From the IMG/VR virus record IMGVR_UViG_3300025887_000028, positions 1 through 53,660 of that record: a stretch of DNA of 53,660 nucleotides, one strand, 5' to 3'. This document shows positions 1-9,048 of the stretch, piece after piece. Below the pieces are notes generated by a model that was not told the DNA's origin, did no database searches, and saw only the letters and a list, made by a program, of their open reading frames with translations. Each line of letters opens with the position of its first letter. Positions within the stretch are counted from its first letter, which is position 1. This DNA comes from a virus (lineage: Duplodnaviria > Caudoviricetes). Position numbers and translations under genes: made by a program.

Positions 1-633
1 ATAAGCTTTACCTGAAAAAGTACCACCAGCATCAGCTTCAGCATAAGCACCAACAATCGCATAGTTGCCTGATATTGCAACTGAGTAGCCAAATTGATCG
101 CCAGCACTCGTACTATAAGCATTTGGATTATCCAATGTGTGAACCAATGCACCAGTCGTGACATTGAAGATGTAGGCTTTACCAGAAAAAGTACCACCAG
201 CATCATCTTCATTATAAGCAGCAACAATCGCATAGTTACCAGATATAGAAACTGATATGCCAAAATTATCACTTTGACTCGTGCTATAAGCATTTGGATT
301 GTCTAAAGTATGAACTAGAGCACCAGTCGTGACATTGAAAATATAAGCTTTACCAGAAACAGTACCACCAGCATCATCTTCGGCATAAGCAGCAACAATC
401 GCATAATTACCATCTATTGTAACTGAGGTGCCAAATTGATCGCCAGCACTCGTACTATAAGCATTAGGATTATCCAATGTGTGAACCAATGCACCACCTA
501 CTGTGCTGAAACTTTCAACGAGTGGTATAGTCGCAGTATACTTTTTAGTGCCGTCGGGGAAACCTACGTTACTGATGTTTGTAAGTCTTCTATCGTCATC
601 GATAACGGTTGTATTATTTACTTTTATTGACAT
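1..633 (-). CDS. FG-GAP/integrin-alpha-like beta-propeller repeat protein, N-terminal part (runs off the window); paralog of 635..4561
   Basis: Not in ORF track. Manual translation from ATG at 633: MSIKVNNTTVIDDDRRLTNISNVGFPDG...GALVHTLDNPNAYSTSAGDQFGTSVTIDGNYAIVAAYAEDDAGGTVSGKAYIFNVTTG; open to the window edge; starts 1 nt after the stop of the upstream gene. Confidence 0.9.
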   Translation of the reverse strand, partial: MSIKVNNTTVIDDDRRLTNISNVGFPDGTKKYTATIPLVESFSTVGGALVHTLDNPNAYSTSAGDQFGTSVTIDGNYAIVAAYAEDDAGGTVSGKAYIFNVTTGALVHTLDNPNAYSTSQSDNFGISVSISGNYAIVAAYNEDDAGGTFSGKAYIFNVTTGALVHTLDNPNAYSTSAGDQFGYSVAISGNYAIVGAYAEADAGGTFSGKAY

Positions 634-634
634 G

Positions 635-3600
635 TTATTGTACCATTACTAGAAGTTTATCTATGTATGTTTGATCTGTGACTGAGAAGATATAAGCTTT
701 ACCTGAATCACCACCACCAGCATCATCTTCAAAGTAAGCACCTACAATCGCATAGTTGCCAGATATAGAAGCTGAGTACCCAAAACGATCACTCGCACTC
801 GTGCTATAAGCGGTAGGATTATCCAATGTGTGAACCAATGCACCAGTCGTAACATTGAAGATATAAACTTTACCAGAATTAAAACCACCAGCATCATCTT
901 CTCTATAAGCACCTACAATCGCATAATTGCCTGACATAGCAACTGTCGAAGCAAAATTATCACTAGAACTCGTACTATAAGCGGTAGGATTATCTAAAGT
1001 GTGAACTAGAGCGCCAGTCGTAACATTGAAGATATAAGCTTTACCTGAATCACCACCACCTGCATCATCTTCACCAATAGCACCAACAATTGCATAATTA
1101 CCTGATACGGCAACTGGCAAGCCAAAACGATCACTCAAACTCGCACTATAAGCATTAGGATTGTCTAATGTATGAACTAAAGCACTAGTCGTGACATTGT
1201 AGATATAAGCTTTACCAGATTGAAAATCACCAGCATCATCTTCATCAAAAGCACCTACAATCGCATAGTTGCCTGATATTGCAACTGACAAGCCAAAATT
1301 ATCACCAGAACTCGTACTATAAGCATTCGGGTTATCCAATGTGTGAACTAAAGCGCCAGTCGTGACATTGTAGATGTAAGCTTTACCTGAAGTAAGACCA
1401 CCAGCATCATCTTCTCTATAAGCACCTACAATCGCATAGTTATCTGATATAGCAACTGAGATGCCAAAATTATCATTCGCACTCGTACTATAAGCATTTG
1501 GATTATCTATCGTATGAACCAATGCGCCGGTTGTGACATTGAAAATATAAGCTTTACCAGAATCACTGCCACCTGCATCATCTTCAAAGTGAGCACCTAC
1601 AATCGCATAATTGCCTGATATTGCAACTGAGTAGCCAAAGAAATCATTCCCACTCGTGCTATAAGCATTTGGATTGTCAAGAGTATGAACTAAAGCGCCA
1701 GTCGTGACATTGTAGATATAAACTTTACCAGAATTAAAACCACCAGCATCACCTTCTTGATAAGCGCCAGCAATCGCATAGTTATCTGATATTGCAACTG
1801 ACAAGCCAAAGAAATCACTCACACTCGTACTATAAGCATTAGGATTATCAAGAGTACGGGCTAAAGCACCTCCGAACAAAGCAGGTTCTAGCAAAGATTG
1901 CAATGCATCAGTGCTTGGGTTTATACTGCTTGTGCTAGAAAAGTTTATTTTATCTATTTGACTGTATTTGGTAACATCGTCTACTGTGAAGATATAAGCT
2001 TTACTAGAAGTTGTACCACCAGCATCATCTTCGGAGTAAGCAGCAACAATCGCATAGTTACCTGATATTGCAACTGTCCAAGCAAAACTATCACCAGCAC
2101 TCGTACTATAAGCATTAGGATTGTCCAATGTGTGGACTAAAGCACCTGTTGTCACGTCAAAGATATAAGCTTTACCAGAACCAGAGCCACCAGCATCATC
2201 TTCACTATTAGCACCAACAATCGCATAATTACCTGATATAGCAACCGTGTCGCCAAAACTATCACCAGCACTCGTACTATAAGCATTAGGATTGTCCAAT
2301 GTGTGGACTAAAGCACCTGTTGTCACGTCAAAGATATAAGCTTTACTAGAAGAAGTACCACCGGCATCATCTTCATATCTAGCGCCTACAATCGCATAGT
2401 TACCTGATATGGAAACTGAGATACTAAATTGATCACCAGCACTCGTACCATAAGCATTTGGATTATCTAAAGTGTGAACTAGAGCGCCATTCGTGACATT
2501 ATAGATATAAGCTTTACCAGAATCATTACCACCAGTATCATCTTCTTGATCGGCACCAACAATCGCATAGTTACCTGATATAGCAACTGAGTAGCCAAAG
2601 ATATCGCTCGCACTCGTACTATAAGCATTTGGATTGTCTAATGTATGAACTAGAGCACCAGTCGTGACATTGTAGATATAAGCTTTACCAGAAAAAGTAC
2701 CACCAGCATCAGCTTCAGAATAAGCACCTACAATCGCATAGTTGCCTGATATGGCAACTGAGTCGCCAAAACGATCAGTCTGACTCGTACTATAAGCATT
2801 AGGATTGTCAAGAGTATGAACTAAAGCACCAGTCGTGACATTGAAAATATAAGCTTTACCAGAATTTAAACCACCTGCATCATCTTCGTTATACGCACCA
2901 ACAATCGCATAGTTTCCTGACATAGCAACTGAGTAGCCAAAATAATCAGCCTGACTCGTACTATAAGCGGTAGGATTGTCTAATGTATGAAGCAAAGCGC
3001 CAGTCGTGACATTGAAGATATAAGCTTTACCAGAACCAGAGCCACCAGCAGCATCTTCTAAATAAGCACCTACAATCGCATAGTTGCCTGATATTGCAAC
3101 CTCCCAGCCAAAGAGATCGTTCAAACTCGTACTATAAACATTCGGGTTATCTAATGTGTGAACTAAAGCACCTGCAGAGTATTCAATTTCAGTCTCGGTG
3201 TCATAGTACACTTCTCTACCAATGTATGATAATTCTTCACCAGCGAAGATGTAAGCTTTACCAGATTGAATACCACCAGCATCATCTTCTTGATAAGCAC
3301 CTATAATCGCATAATTGCCTGATATTGCAACTGAGTGGCCAAAGAGATCACCAGAACTCGTACCATAAGCATTTGGATTGTCTAATGTATGAACTAAAGA
3401 ACCAGTCGTGACATTGAAGATGTAAGCTTTACCAGAATTAAAACCACCAGCGTCATCTTCAAGATAAGCACCTACAATCGCATAATTACCAGATATAGAA
3501 ACTGAGTACCCAAAATAATCACCAGCACTCGTACCATAAGCATTTGGATTGTCAAGAGTGTGAAGCAAAGCGCCAGTTGTCACATTGAAGATATAAGCTT

Positions 3601-4561
3601 TACCAGAACCAGCGCCACCACCAGCATCATCTTCACCATAAGCACCTACAATCGCATAGTTGTCTGATATGGAAACTGAGGTGCCAAAATCATCAACAGC
3701 ACTCGTACTATAAGCATTAGGATTATCCAATGTGTGAAGCAAAGCGCCAGTCGTGACATTGAAGATATAAGCTTTACCAGAAGTAGTACCACCAGCATCA
3801 TCTTCAAGATAAGTGCCTACAATTGCATAATTACCGGATATCGCAACTGAGTCGCCAAAACGATCACTCAAACTCGTGCTATAAGCATTAGGATTGTCTA
3901 AAGTGTGGACTAATGCACCAGTCCCGACATTGAAAATATAAGCTTTACCAGAATTTAAACCACTAGCATCATCTTCAAAGTAAGCACCAACAATCGCATA
4001 GTTGTCTGATATAGCAACTGACCAGCCAAAACGATCAATATTACTCGTACTATAAGCATTTGGATTGTCAAGAGTATGAACTAAAGCGCCTGTCGTGACA
4101 TTGAAGATATAAGCTTTACCAGAAGTGTTACCACCGGCATCACCTTCAGCATAAGCAGCAACAATCGCATAATTGCCAGATATAGCAACTGAGTTGCCAA
4201 AATAATCACTCGCACTCGTACTATAAGCATTAGGATTGTCTAAAGTATGAACTAGAGCGCCAGTCGTGACATTGTAGATATAAACTTTACCAGAACCAGT
4301 GCCACCAGCATCATCTTCTTCATAAGCACCTACAATCGCATAGTTTCCTGATACAGCAACTGCAGAGCCGAAAAGATCATCTGCACTCGTGCTATAAGCA
4401 TTAGGATTGTCTAACACAGTGGTAAGAGTAGTATTTCTGAAATCTGGTTCTAAGAAGTCTGCTGACGACTGGGCTGTACCATCAGCGAATCCGACGCTTT
4501 CGACATTCACGAAATTACGACTGTTATCGATAACAGGCGTACCTTTTACTTTAATCGCCAT
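635..4561 (-). CDS. FG-GAP repeat protein with three 7-bladed beta-propellers; putative virion adhesin/fibre protein
   Basis: 21 repeats of ~57 aa (LDNPNAYSTSxxDxFGxSVAISGNYAIVGAYxEDDAGGxxSGKAYIFNVTTGALVHT) in 3 blocks of 7 separated by linkers; late promoter upstream. Confidence 0.85.
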   Translation of the reverse strand: MAIKVKGTPVIDNSRNFVNVESVGFADGTAQSSADFLEPDFRNTTLTTVLDNPNAYSTSADDLFGSAVAVSGNYAIVGAYEEDDAGGTGSGKVYIYNVTTGALVHTLDNPNAYSTSASDYFGNSVAISGNYAIVAAYAEGDAGGNTSGKAYIFNVTTGALVHTLDNPNAYSTSNIDRFGWSVAISDNYAIVGAYFEDDASGLNSGKAYIFNVGTGALVHTLDNPNAYSTSLSDRFGDSVAISGNYAIVGTYLEDDAGGTTSGKAYIFNVTTGALLHTLDNPNAYSTSAVDDFGTSVSISDNYAIVGAYGEDDAGGGAGSGKAYIFNVTTGALLHTLDNPNAYGTSAGDYFGYSVSISGNYAIVGAYLEDDAGGFNSGKAYIFNVTTGSLVHTLDNPNAYGTSSGDLFGHSVAISGNYAIIGAYQEDDAGGIQSGKAYIFAGEELSYIGREVYYDTETEIEYSAGALVHTLDNPNVYSTSLNDLFGWEVAISGNYAIVGAYLEDAAGGSGSGKAYIFNVTTGALLHTLDNPTAYSTSQADYFGYSVAMSGNYAIVGAYNEDDAGGLNSGKAYIFNVTTGALVHTLDNPNAYSTSQTDRFGDSVAISGNYAIVGAYSEADAGGTFSGKAYIYNVTTGALVHTLDNPNAYSTSASDIFGYSVAISGNYAIVGADQEDDTGGNDSGKAYIYNVTNGALVHTLDNPNAYGTSAGDQFSISVSISGNYAIVGARYEDDAGGTSSSKAYIFDVTTGALVHTLDNPNAYSTSAGDSFGDTVAISGNYAIVGANSEDDAGGSGSGKAYIFDVTTGALVHTLDNPNAYSTSAGDSFAWTVAISGNYAIVAAYSEDDAGGTTSSKAYIFTVDDVTKYSQIDKINFSSTSSINPSTDALQSLLEPALFGGALARTLDNPNAYSTSVSDFFGLSVAISDNYAIAGAYQEGDAGGFNSGKVYIYNVTTGALVHTLDNPNAYSTSGNDFFGYSVAISGNYAIVGAHFEDDAGGSDSGKAYIFNVTTGALVHTIDNPNAYSTSANDNFGISVAISDNYAIVGAYREDDAGGLTSGKAYIYNVTTGALVHTLDNPNAYSTSSGDNFGLSVAISGNYAIVGAFDEDDAGDFQSGKAYIYNVTTSALVHTLDNPNAYSASLSDRFGLPVAVSGNYAIVGAIGEDDAGGGDSGKAYIFNVTTGALVHTLDNPTAYSTSSSDNFASTVAMSGNYAIVGAYREDDAGGFNSGKVYIFNVTTGALVHTLDNPTAYSTSASDRFGYSASISGNYAIVGAYFEDDAGGGDSGKAYIFSVTDQTYIDKLLVMVQ
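690..4415. repeat. Coding tandem repeat, ~171-bp unit, 21 copies in 3 blocks (about 3 more copies in 1..495)
   Basis: Recurrent ataagctttaccaga / acaatcgcata / ctcgtactataagcatt at a 171-bp period. Confidence 0.9.
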
Positions 4562-4596
4562 CTTCGTTCCTTTTGGTTACTAGGCTCAATTTCTTT

Positions 4597-4604
4597 TATT
4601 TATA
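4597..4604 (-). promoter_or_regulatory. T4-type late promoter TATAAATA for the propeller genes
   Basis: TATTTATA on + strand, ~36 nt upstream of ATG 4561. Confidence 0.8.
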
Positions 4605-4625
4605 TCATTCGTCATCTATTGATTA

Positions 4626-4633
4626 TATAAATA
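4626..4633 (+). promoter_or_regulatory. T4-type late promoter TATAAATA (gp13)
   Basis: Exact consensus upstream of gp13. Confidence 0.85.
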
Positions 4634-4672
4634 AAGATATAATAGAGTGAATAGTCACAAGAAAGAGGCAAA

Positions 4673-5416
4673 ATGGCACAACCTACTGATAGACATTCCT
4701 TCAAAGAATGGTGTCTTCGTAAACTGGGTAAACCAGTCATCGAAATCAATGTAGACCCCGATCAGGTTGATGATCGTGTTGATGAAGCGCTATCGTACTA
4801 TTGGGACTATCATTTTGATGGTGCAGAAAAGATGTTCCTAAAGCATCAAATCACTGCAGAAGACAAAGAGAATGGTTATATCACAGTACCTGAAAACATC
4901 ATAGGCGTGATCAACATTTTCAATGTATCATCAACTTCGCTATCAACATCAAATATCTTTAGCGCACAGTATCAATTCGCATTGAACAATCTACACGACA
5001 TTGCAAGCTATGACACTGTTCACTTTTATATGGGTATGCAACACATTCAGTTTCTTGAAGAGATTTTGACTGGTGCTCAACCGATTCGATATAACCGTCA
5101 TGTGAACAAATTGTATATTGATACTGATTGGAGCAATTTGACAGAGGGTCAATATATTGTTGCAGAGTGTTATCAGATTATCGACCCAGAAGTGTACAGT
5201 GATGTTTGGAAAGATCGCTGGCTGCAAAATTATGCAACTGCGAAAATCAAATATCAATGGGGTTCGAACTTAACTAAGTTTGAAGGTATGCAGCTTCCCG
5301 GTGGCGTAACATTCAACGGTCAGCAAATTCTATCTGATTCACAGGCAGAGATAGAAAAACTGGAAGAAGATATGGTAAACTCATATTCACTACCTGTCCA
5401 TGATATGATAGGCTAG
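4673..5416 (+). CDS. gp13: Neck protein gp13
   Basis: WCLRKLGKPVIEINVD, YQWGSNLTKFEGMQLPGGVTFNG motifs; synteny. Confidence 0.95.
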   Translation: MAQPTDRHSFKEWCLRKLGKPVIEINVDPDQVDDRVDEALSYYWDYHFDGAEKMFLKHQITAEDKENGYITVPENIIGVINIFNVSSTSLSTSNIFSAQYQFALNNLHDIASYDTVHFYMGMQHIQFLEEILTGAQPIRYNRHVNKLYIDTDWSNLTEGQYIVAECYQIIDPEVYSDVWKDRWLQNYATAKIKYQWGSNLTKFEGMQLPGGVTFNGQQILSDSQAEIEKLEEDMVNSYSLPVHDMIG

Positions 5417-5428
5417 CCACTTGGTTTA

Positions 5429-5436
5429 TATAAATA
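5429..5436 (+). promoter_or_regulatory. Late promoter TATAAATA (gp14)
   Basis: Exact consensus, intergenic. Confidence 0.8.
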
Positions 5437-5456
5437 CTCTAGATTAGGATAATACC

Positions 5457-6116
5457 GTGACCAGCAATTTTTACTTCAACAATTTTTCCAACTCTATGGA
5501 ACAACAATTGATCGAGGACCTAATCATCGAATCAATTCGCGTTTATGGACACGATTTGTATTATATCAAAAGAACGCTTGGTGCAAAAGATGAGTTGTTG
5601 AATGAAGACGATCTACCAATTTTCAACGAAGCGCATATGGTAGAAATGTTCATCAAAAATATCGATAGTTTCGAAGGCGAAGGAGATTTTCTCTCTAAGT
5701 TTGGATTGCAGATTAGAGATTCTATCACATTCACGGTTGCAATGAGAACATTCAACTCTGAAGTTGCGATGTATAACGATAACATTCGACCAAAAGAAGG
5801 CGACCTAATATATCTTCCATTAAATAATAAAATATTTGAAATCATGCATGTGGAACATGAAGCAATATTCTATCAAATGGGTCAACTTCAAACATATGAT
5901 CTGCGCTGTGAACTATTCGAATACTCACATCAGCGCTTCGAGACAGGGGTTGACGAGATTGATACGCTATTTGATGCATATGATCTTACAACAGACGAGG
6001 CAATTGCAAACGTCGAATCAGTCGATCTATTGGGTGATAATTGGACAATCGAAGAAGAAGGTGATAACGTGATTGACTTTAGCGTAGAAAATCCATTTGG
6101 GGATGATGATTACTAA
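5457..6116 (+). CDS. gp14: Neck protein gp14
   Basis: EQQLIEDLIIESI, FLSKFGLQIRD, PKEGDLIYLP, NPFG; GTG start. Confidence 0.95.
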   Translation: MTSNFYFNNFSNSMEQQLIEDLIIESIRVYGHDLYYIKRTLGAKDELLNEDDLPIFNEAHMVEMFIKNIDSFEGEGDFLSKFGLQIRDSITFTVAMRTFNSEVAMYNDNIRPKEGDLIYLPLNNKIFEIMHVEHEAIFYQMGQLQTYDLRCELFEYSHQRFETGVDEIDTLFDAYDLTTDEAIANVESVDLLGDNWTIEEEGDNVIDFSVENPFGDDDY

Positions 6117-6919
6117 TGTTTGGAAATAAATTTTACCGTCAAACGATGAGAAAATACGTGGCTGCTTTCGGCACACTATTCAACGACATTCACATCGACC
6201 GAAGAGACAATACTGGTACAGTAGTTCAGGAAATGAAAATTCCTATTCATTATGGTCCGTTTCAAAAGTTTCTTGCAAAGTTAGAACAGGATCCAAATCT
6301 ATCGGCTCCTGCTATGACGCTTCCGCGCATGTCATTTGAAATTACAGGTATATCTTACGATTCTTCGCGCAAGTTGTCAACACTCAATCGTAACTGTGCG
6401 ATAAATCCCAATGATCCAGATAGCAAAATTACGCAATTCGTTGGAACACCTTACAATATAGAGTTTCAATTGAACGTGATGACAAAGTATAATGAAGATG
6501 GTATGAAAATCGTAGAGCAGATTCTTCCGTTTTTCAATCCAGACTTTACACCAAGACTCGATCTATTTGAAGGATCAGATATGAATGTTAGCGTACCAAT
6601 TGTGTTAACAGGTGTTACGCAAGAGGACACTTATGAAGCTGACTTCGAGACACGCAGAGCATTGATTTGGACATTGACATTCACAATGAAGGGTTATTTC
6701 TTCGGACCGTCTACAAATGTCAAGATAATCAAGTTCAGTGAAGCAAATGTATTCAATAGCATTGACCCAGATGCGCAAGGTCAAACAGTGACGGTGCAAC
6801 CTGGATTAACTTCAAACGGTGAACCGACAACTGATATAAATGAAACTATACCATATGCAGATATAAATCCAGATGATGATTGGGGATATATTGTTAAAAT
6901 TGAGGATTTAAATGGCTGA
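6116..6919 (+). CDS. gp15: Tail sheath stabilizer/terminator gp15
   Basis: FGTLFNDI, LPRMSFE, QILPFFNP motifs; synteny. Confidence 0.95.
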   Translation: MFGNKFYRQTMRKYVAAFGTLFNDIHIDRRDNTGTVVQEMKIPIHYGPFQKFLAKLEQDPNLSAPAMTLPRMSFEITGISYDSSRKLSTLNRNCAINPNDPDSKITQFVGTPYNIEFQLNVMTKYNEDGMKIVEQILPFFNPDFTPRLDLFEGSDMNVSVPIVLTGVTQEDTYEADFETRRALIWTLTFTMKGYFFGPSTNVKIIKFSEANVFNSIDPDAQGQTVTVQPGLTSNGEPTTDINETIPYADINPDDDWGYIVKIEDLNG

Positions 6920-7337
6920 TGATATTATAGGCGAATCTCTAGGGCTTGATCCTATGAGCAAGCCTGCATTAGATGGTGAAATAGTAGAGTATGATAACTC
7001 GCCGAAAGAAGTCAAGGCTGAAGAAGACAACAGCGACAATGACTACAAATATGCGAGAGAAAACTTCTATTCAGTAATCGAAACTGGAACGAAAGCACTA
7101 GAGCAAATGTTAGATGTTGCACAAGCATCTGAACACCCTAGAGCTTACGAAGTCGTCTCTACTCTTATGAAAACTCTTGTTGACGCAAACAAAGACCTCG
7201 TAAAGATGAACGAAGATCGCAAGAAATCAAAAGCACCTGAAGAACAAGACCACAAGAGTGTAACAAACAATAATCTATTTGTTGGCTCAACATCAGAGTT
7301 GCAAAAAATGTTGAAAGATTTGAAAGATGACGGATAA
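6912..7337 (+). CDS. gp16: Terminase small subunit gp16
   Basis: DYKYAREN, SEHPRAYEV, NNNLFVGSTSELQKML. Confidence 0.95.
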   Translation: MADDIIGESLGLDPMSKPALDGEIVEYDNSPKEVKAEEDNSDNDYKYARENFYSVIETGTKALEQMLDVAQASEHPRAYEVVSTLMKTLVDANKDLVKMNEDRKKSKAPEEQDHKSVTNNNLFVGSTSELQKMLKDLKDDG

Positions 7338-7352
7338 CGTATCTTTTGAACA

Positions 7353-8981
7353 TTGGGTGAAATTTTGAATATAGATACTCGTGGGTATAATGGAAATCAA
7401 AATATTAAGGGTAAAGGATCACAGATATCTTTTACCCCTGATATGATTAAAGAATGGTTGAAGTGCGCTGAAGACCCAATATACTTTGCTGAAAAATACA
7501 TCAAAATTGTTCACGTTGATCACGGTCTTATTCCAATTAGACTGTACGATTATCAAAAAGAGATTGCTGAAGCAATCACATTCAATCGTCGCGTAACTGT
7601 AAATACGTCTCGACAGGCTGGTAAAACAACAACTGCTGTTGCAATCATTCTGCATTACGTATTATTCAATGAATATAAGACAGCGGCACTGCTTGCGAAC
7701 AAAGGTGATGCGGCGCGTGAAATTCTCGACAGAATCAAAATCGCATATGAATCTCTTCCAAAATGGATGCAGCAAGGTGTCGTAGAGTGGAATAAAGGTA
7801 CAGTTGAACTTGAGAACGGATGTAAGATCATTGCAACAGCTACATCGTCTTCTGCCATTCGTGGTAAGTCGATTTCGTTTCTTTACATTGATGAGACTGC
7901 ATTTGTTGAAAACTGGGACGAATTCTTTGCATCTGTTTTTCCTACAATCTCATCTGGTAAAACGACAAAAATTCTGTTCACATCTACTCCTAACGGACTA
8001 AATCACTTCTATAAGACATGTGAGAGTGCAAGGGAAGGTAAGAATGGATACATATTCATCGAAGTTCCGTGGTATAAAGTGCCTGGTCGTGATGAAGAGT
8101 GGAAACGTGAAACTCTTGAAGCGATGGACCATGACTACCAAAAGTTTGCACAAGAATTCGAATGTCAGTTCCTCGGCTCATCAGGCACGCTTATTGAAGG
8201 ATCAAAACTCAAAACTCTTGTCATTCGTGATCCAATAGCAGAGAGTGCGAAGATCAAAATGTATGAGAAGCCTGTAAAAGGTCATACATATACAATGACT
8301 GTTGATGTGTCAAGAGGTAAAGGACTTGATTATTCGACTTTCTCAGTCTTCGATATTACATCGATGCCTTACAAACAAGTGTGTACATTTAGAGATAATA
8401 TGATAACTCCAATCGACTTTGCAGAAATCGTATTTAGAGTTGCAAAAAACTTCGAAGACGCGAGTACGCTTATTGAAATAAACGATATCGGCGAACAAGT
8501 GGCTGACACTTTGCATTTTGATCTTGAACATGAGAACGTGCTATTCACTGAATCTGCTGGTCGCTCTGGAAAGAGAATATCAGCAGGTTTCGGTAAAAAT
8601 GTCGATAGAGGTATACGAACTACGAAATCCGTCAAGTCAATCGGATGTAATATTCTAAAGCTGTTGATTGAGCAGGATCAATTGATCATCAATGACTTTG
8701 ATACCATAAAAGAGATGAGCACGTTTTCCAGAAAGGGTGTATCATATGAAGCCGAATCTGGGTCTCATGATGACATGGTAATGACGCTGGTTTTATTTTC
8801 TTGGCTGACAGACCAGACATACTTTAAAGATATGACCGATATTAATACTATGATGAAACTAAGAATGAAATCCGAACAGGAAATGTTCGATGATTTGATA
8901 CCATTTGGCTTCAATTTGAATGATGAATTAGAATCCGATTCCATAGAAATTGTTAGTCCTGGCGATTCATGGATTCTATAA
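7353..8981 (+). CDS. gp17: Terminase large subunit gp17
   Basis: Walker A SRQAGKTT, Walker B LYIDE, STPNG, nuclease DVSRGKGLDYS and HDDMVM; TTG start uncertain. Confidence 0.97.
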   Translation: MGEILNIDTRGYNGNQNIKGKGSQISFTPDMIKEWLKCAEDPIYFAEKYIKIVHVDHGLIPIRLYDYQKEIAEAITFNRRVTVNTSRQAGKTTTAVAIILHYVLFNEYKTAALLANKGDAAREILDRIKIAYESLPKWMQQGVVEWNKGTVELENGCKIIATATSSSAIRGKSISFLYIDETAFVENWDEFFASVFPTISSGKTTKILFTSTPNGLNHFYKTCESAREGKNGYIFIEVPWYKVPGRDEEWKRETLEAMDHDYQKFAQEFECQFLGSSGTLIEGSKLKTLVIRDPIAESAKIKMYEKPVKGHTYTMTVDVSRGKGLDYSTFSVFDITSMPYKQVCTFRDNMITPIDFAEIVFRVAKNFEDASTLIEINDIGEQVADTLHFDLEHENVLFTESAGRSGKRISAGFGKNVDRGIRTTKSVKSIGCNILKLLIEQDQLIINDFDTIKEMSTFSRKGVSYEAESGSHDDMVMTLVLFSWLTDQTYFKDMTDINTMMKLRMKSEQEMFDDLIPFGFNLNDELESDSIEIVSPGDSWIL

Positions 8982-8997
8982 TGCAATGTCATATTTT

Positions 8998-9005
8998 TAT
9001 AAATA
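8998..9005 (+). promoter_or_regulatory. Late promoter TATAAATA (gp18)
   Basis: Exact consensus, intergenic. Confidence 0.85.
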
Positions 9006-9048
9006 AACATAGAAATAGTTAAGACGGCTATAAATCATAAAAGGAGAA

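Noticed and set aside
436-630. Plus-strand 64-aa ORF (also 3094..3306)
   Set aside because: Antisense shadow of the propeller genes
1-4415. Regular repeats as a CRISPR array or DGR template/variable repeat
   Set aside because: Units are in-frame 171-bp coding blades without unique spacers; variation is not obviously adenine-restricted and no reverse transcriptase or cas gene is in the window
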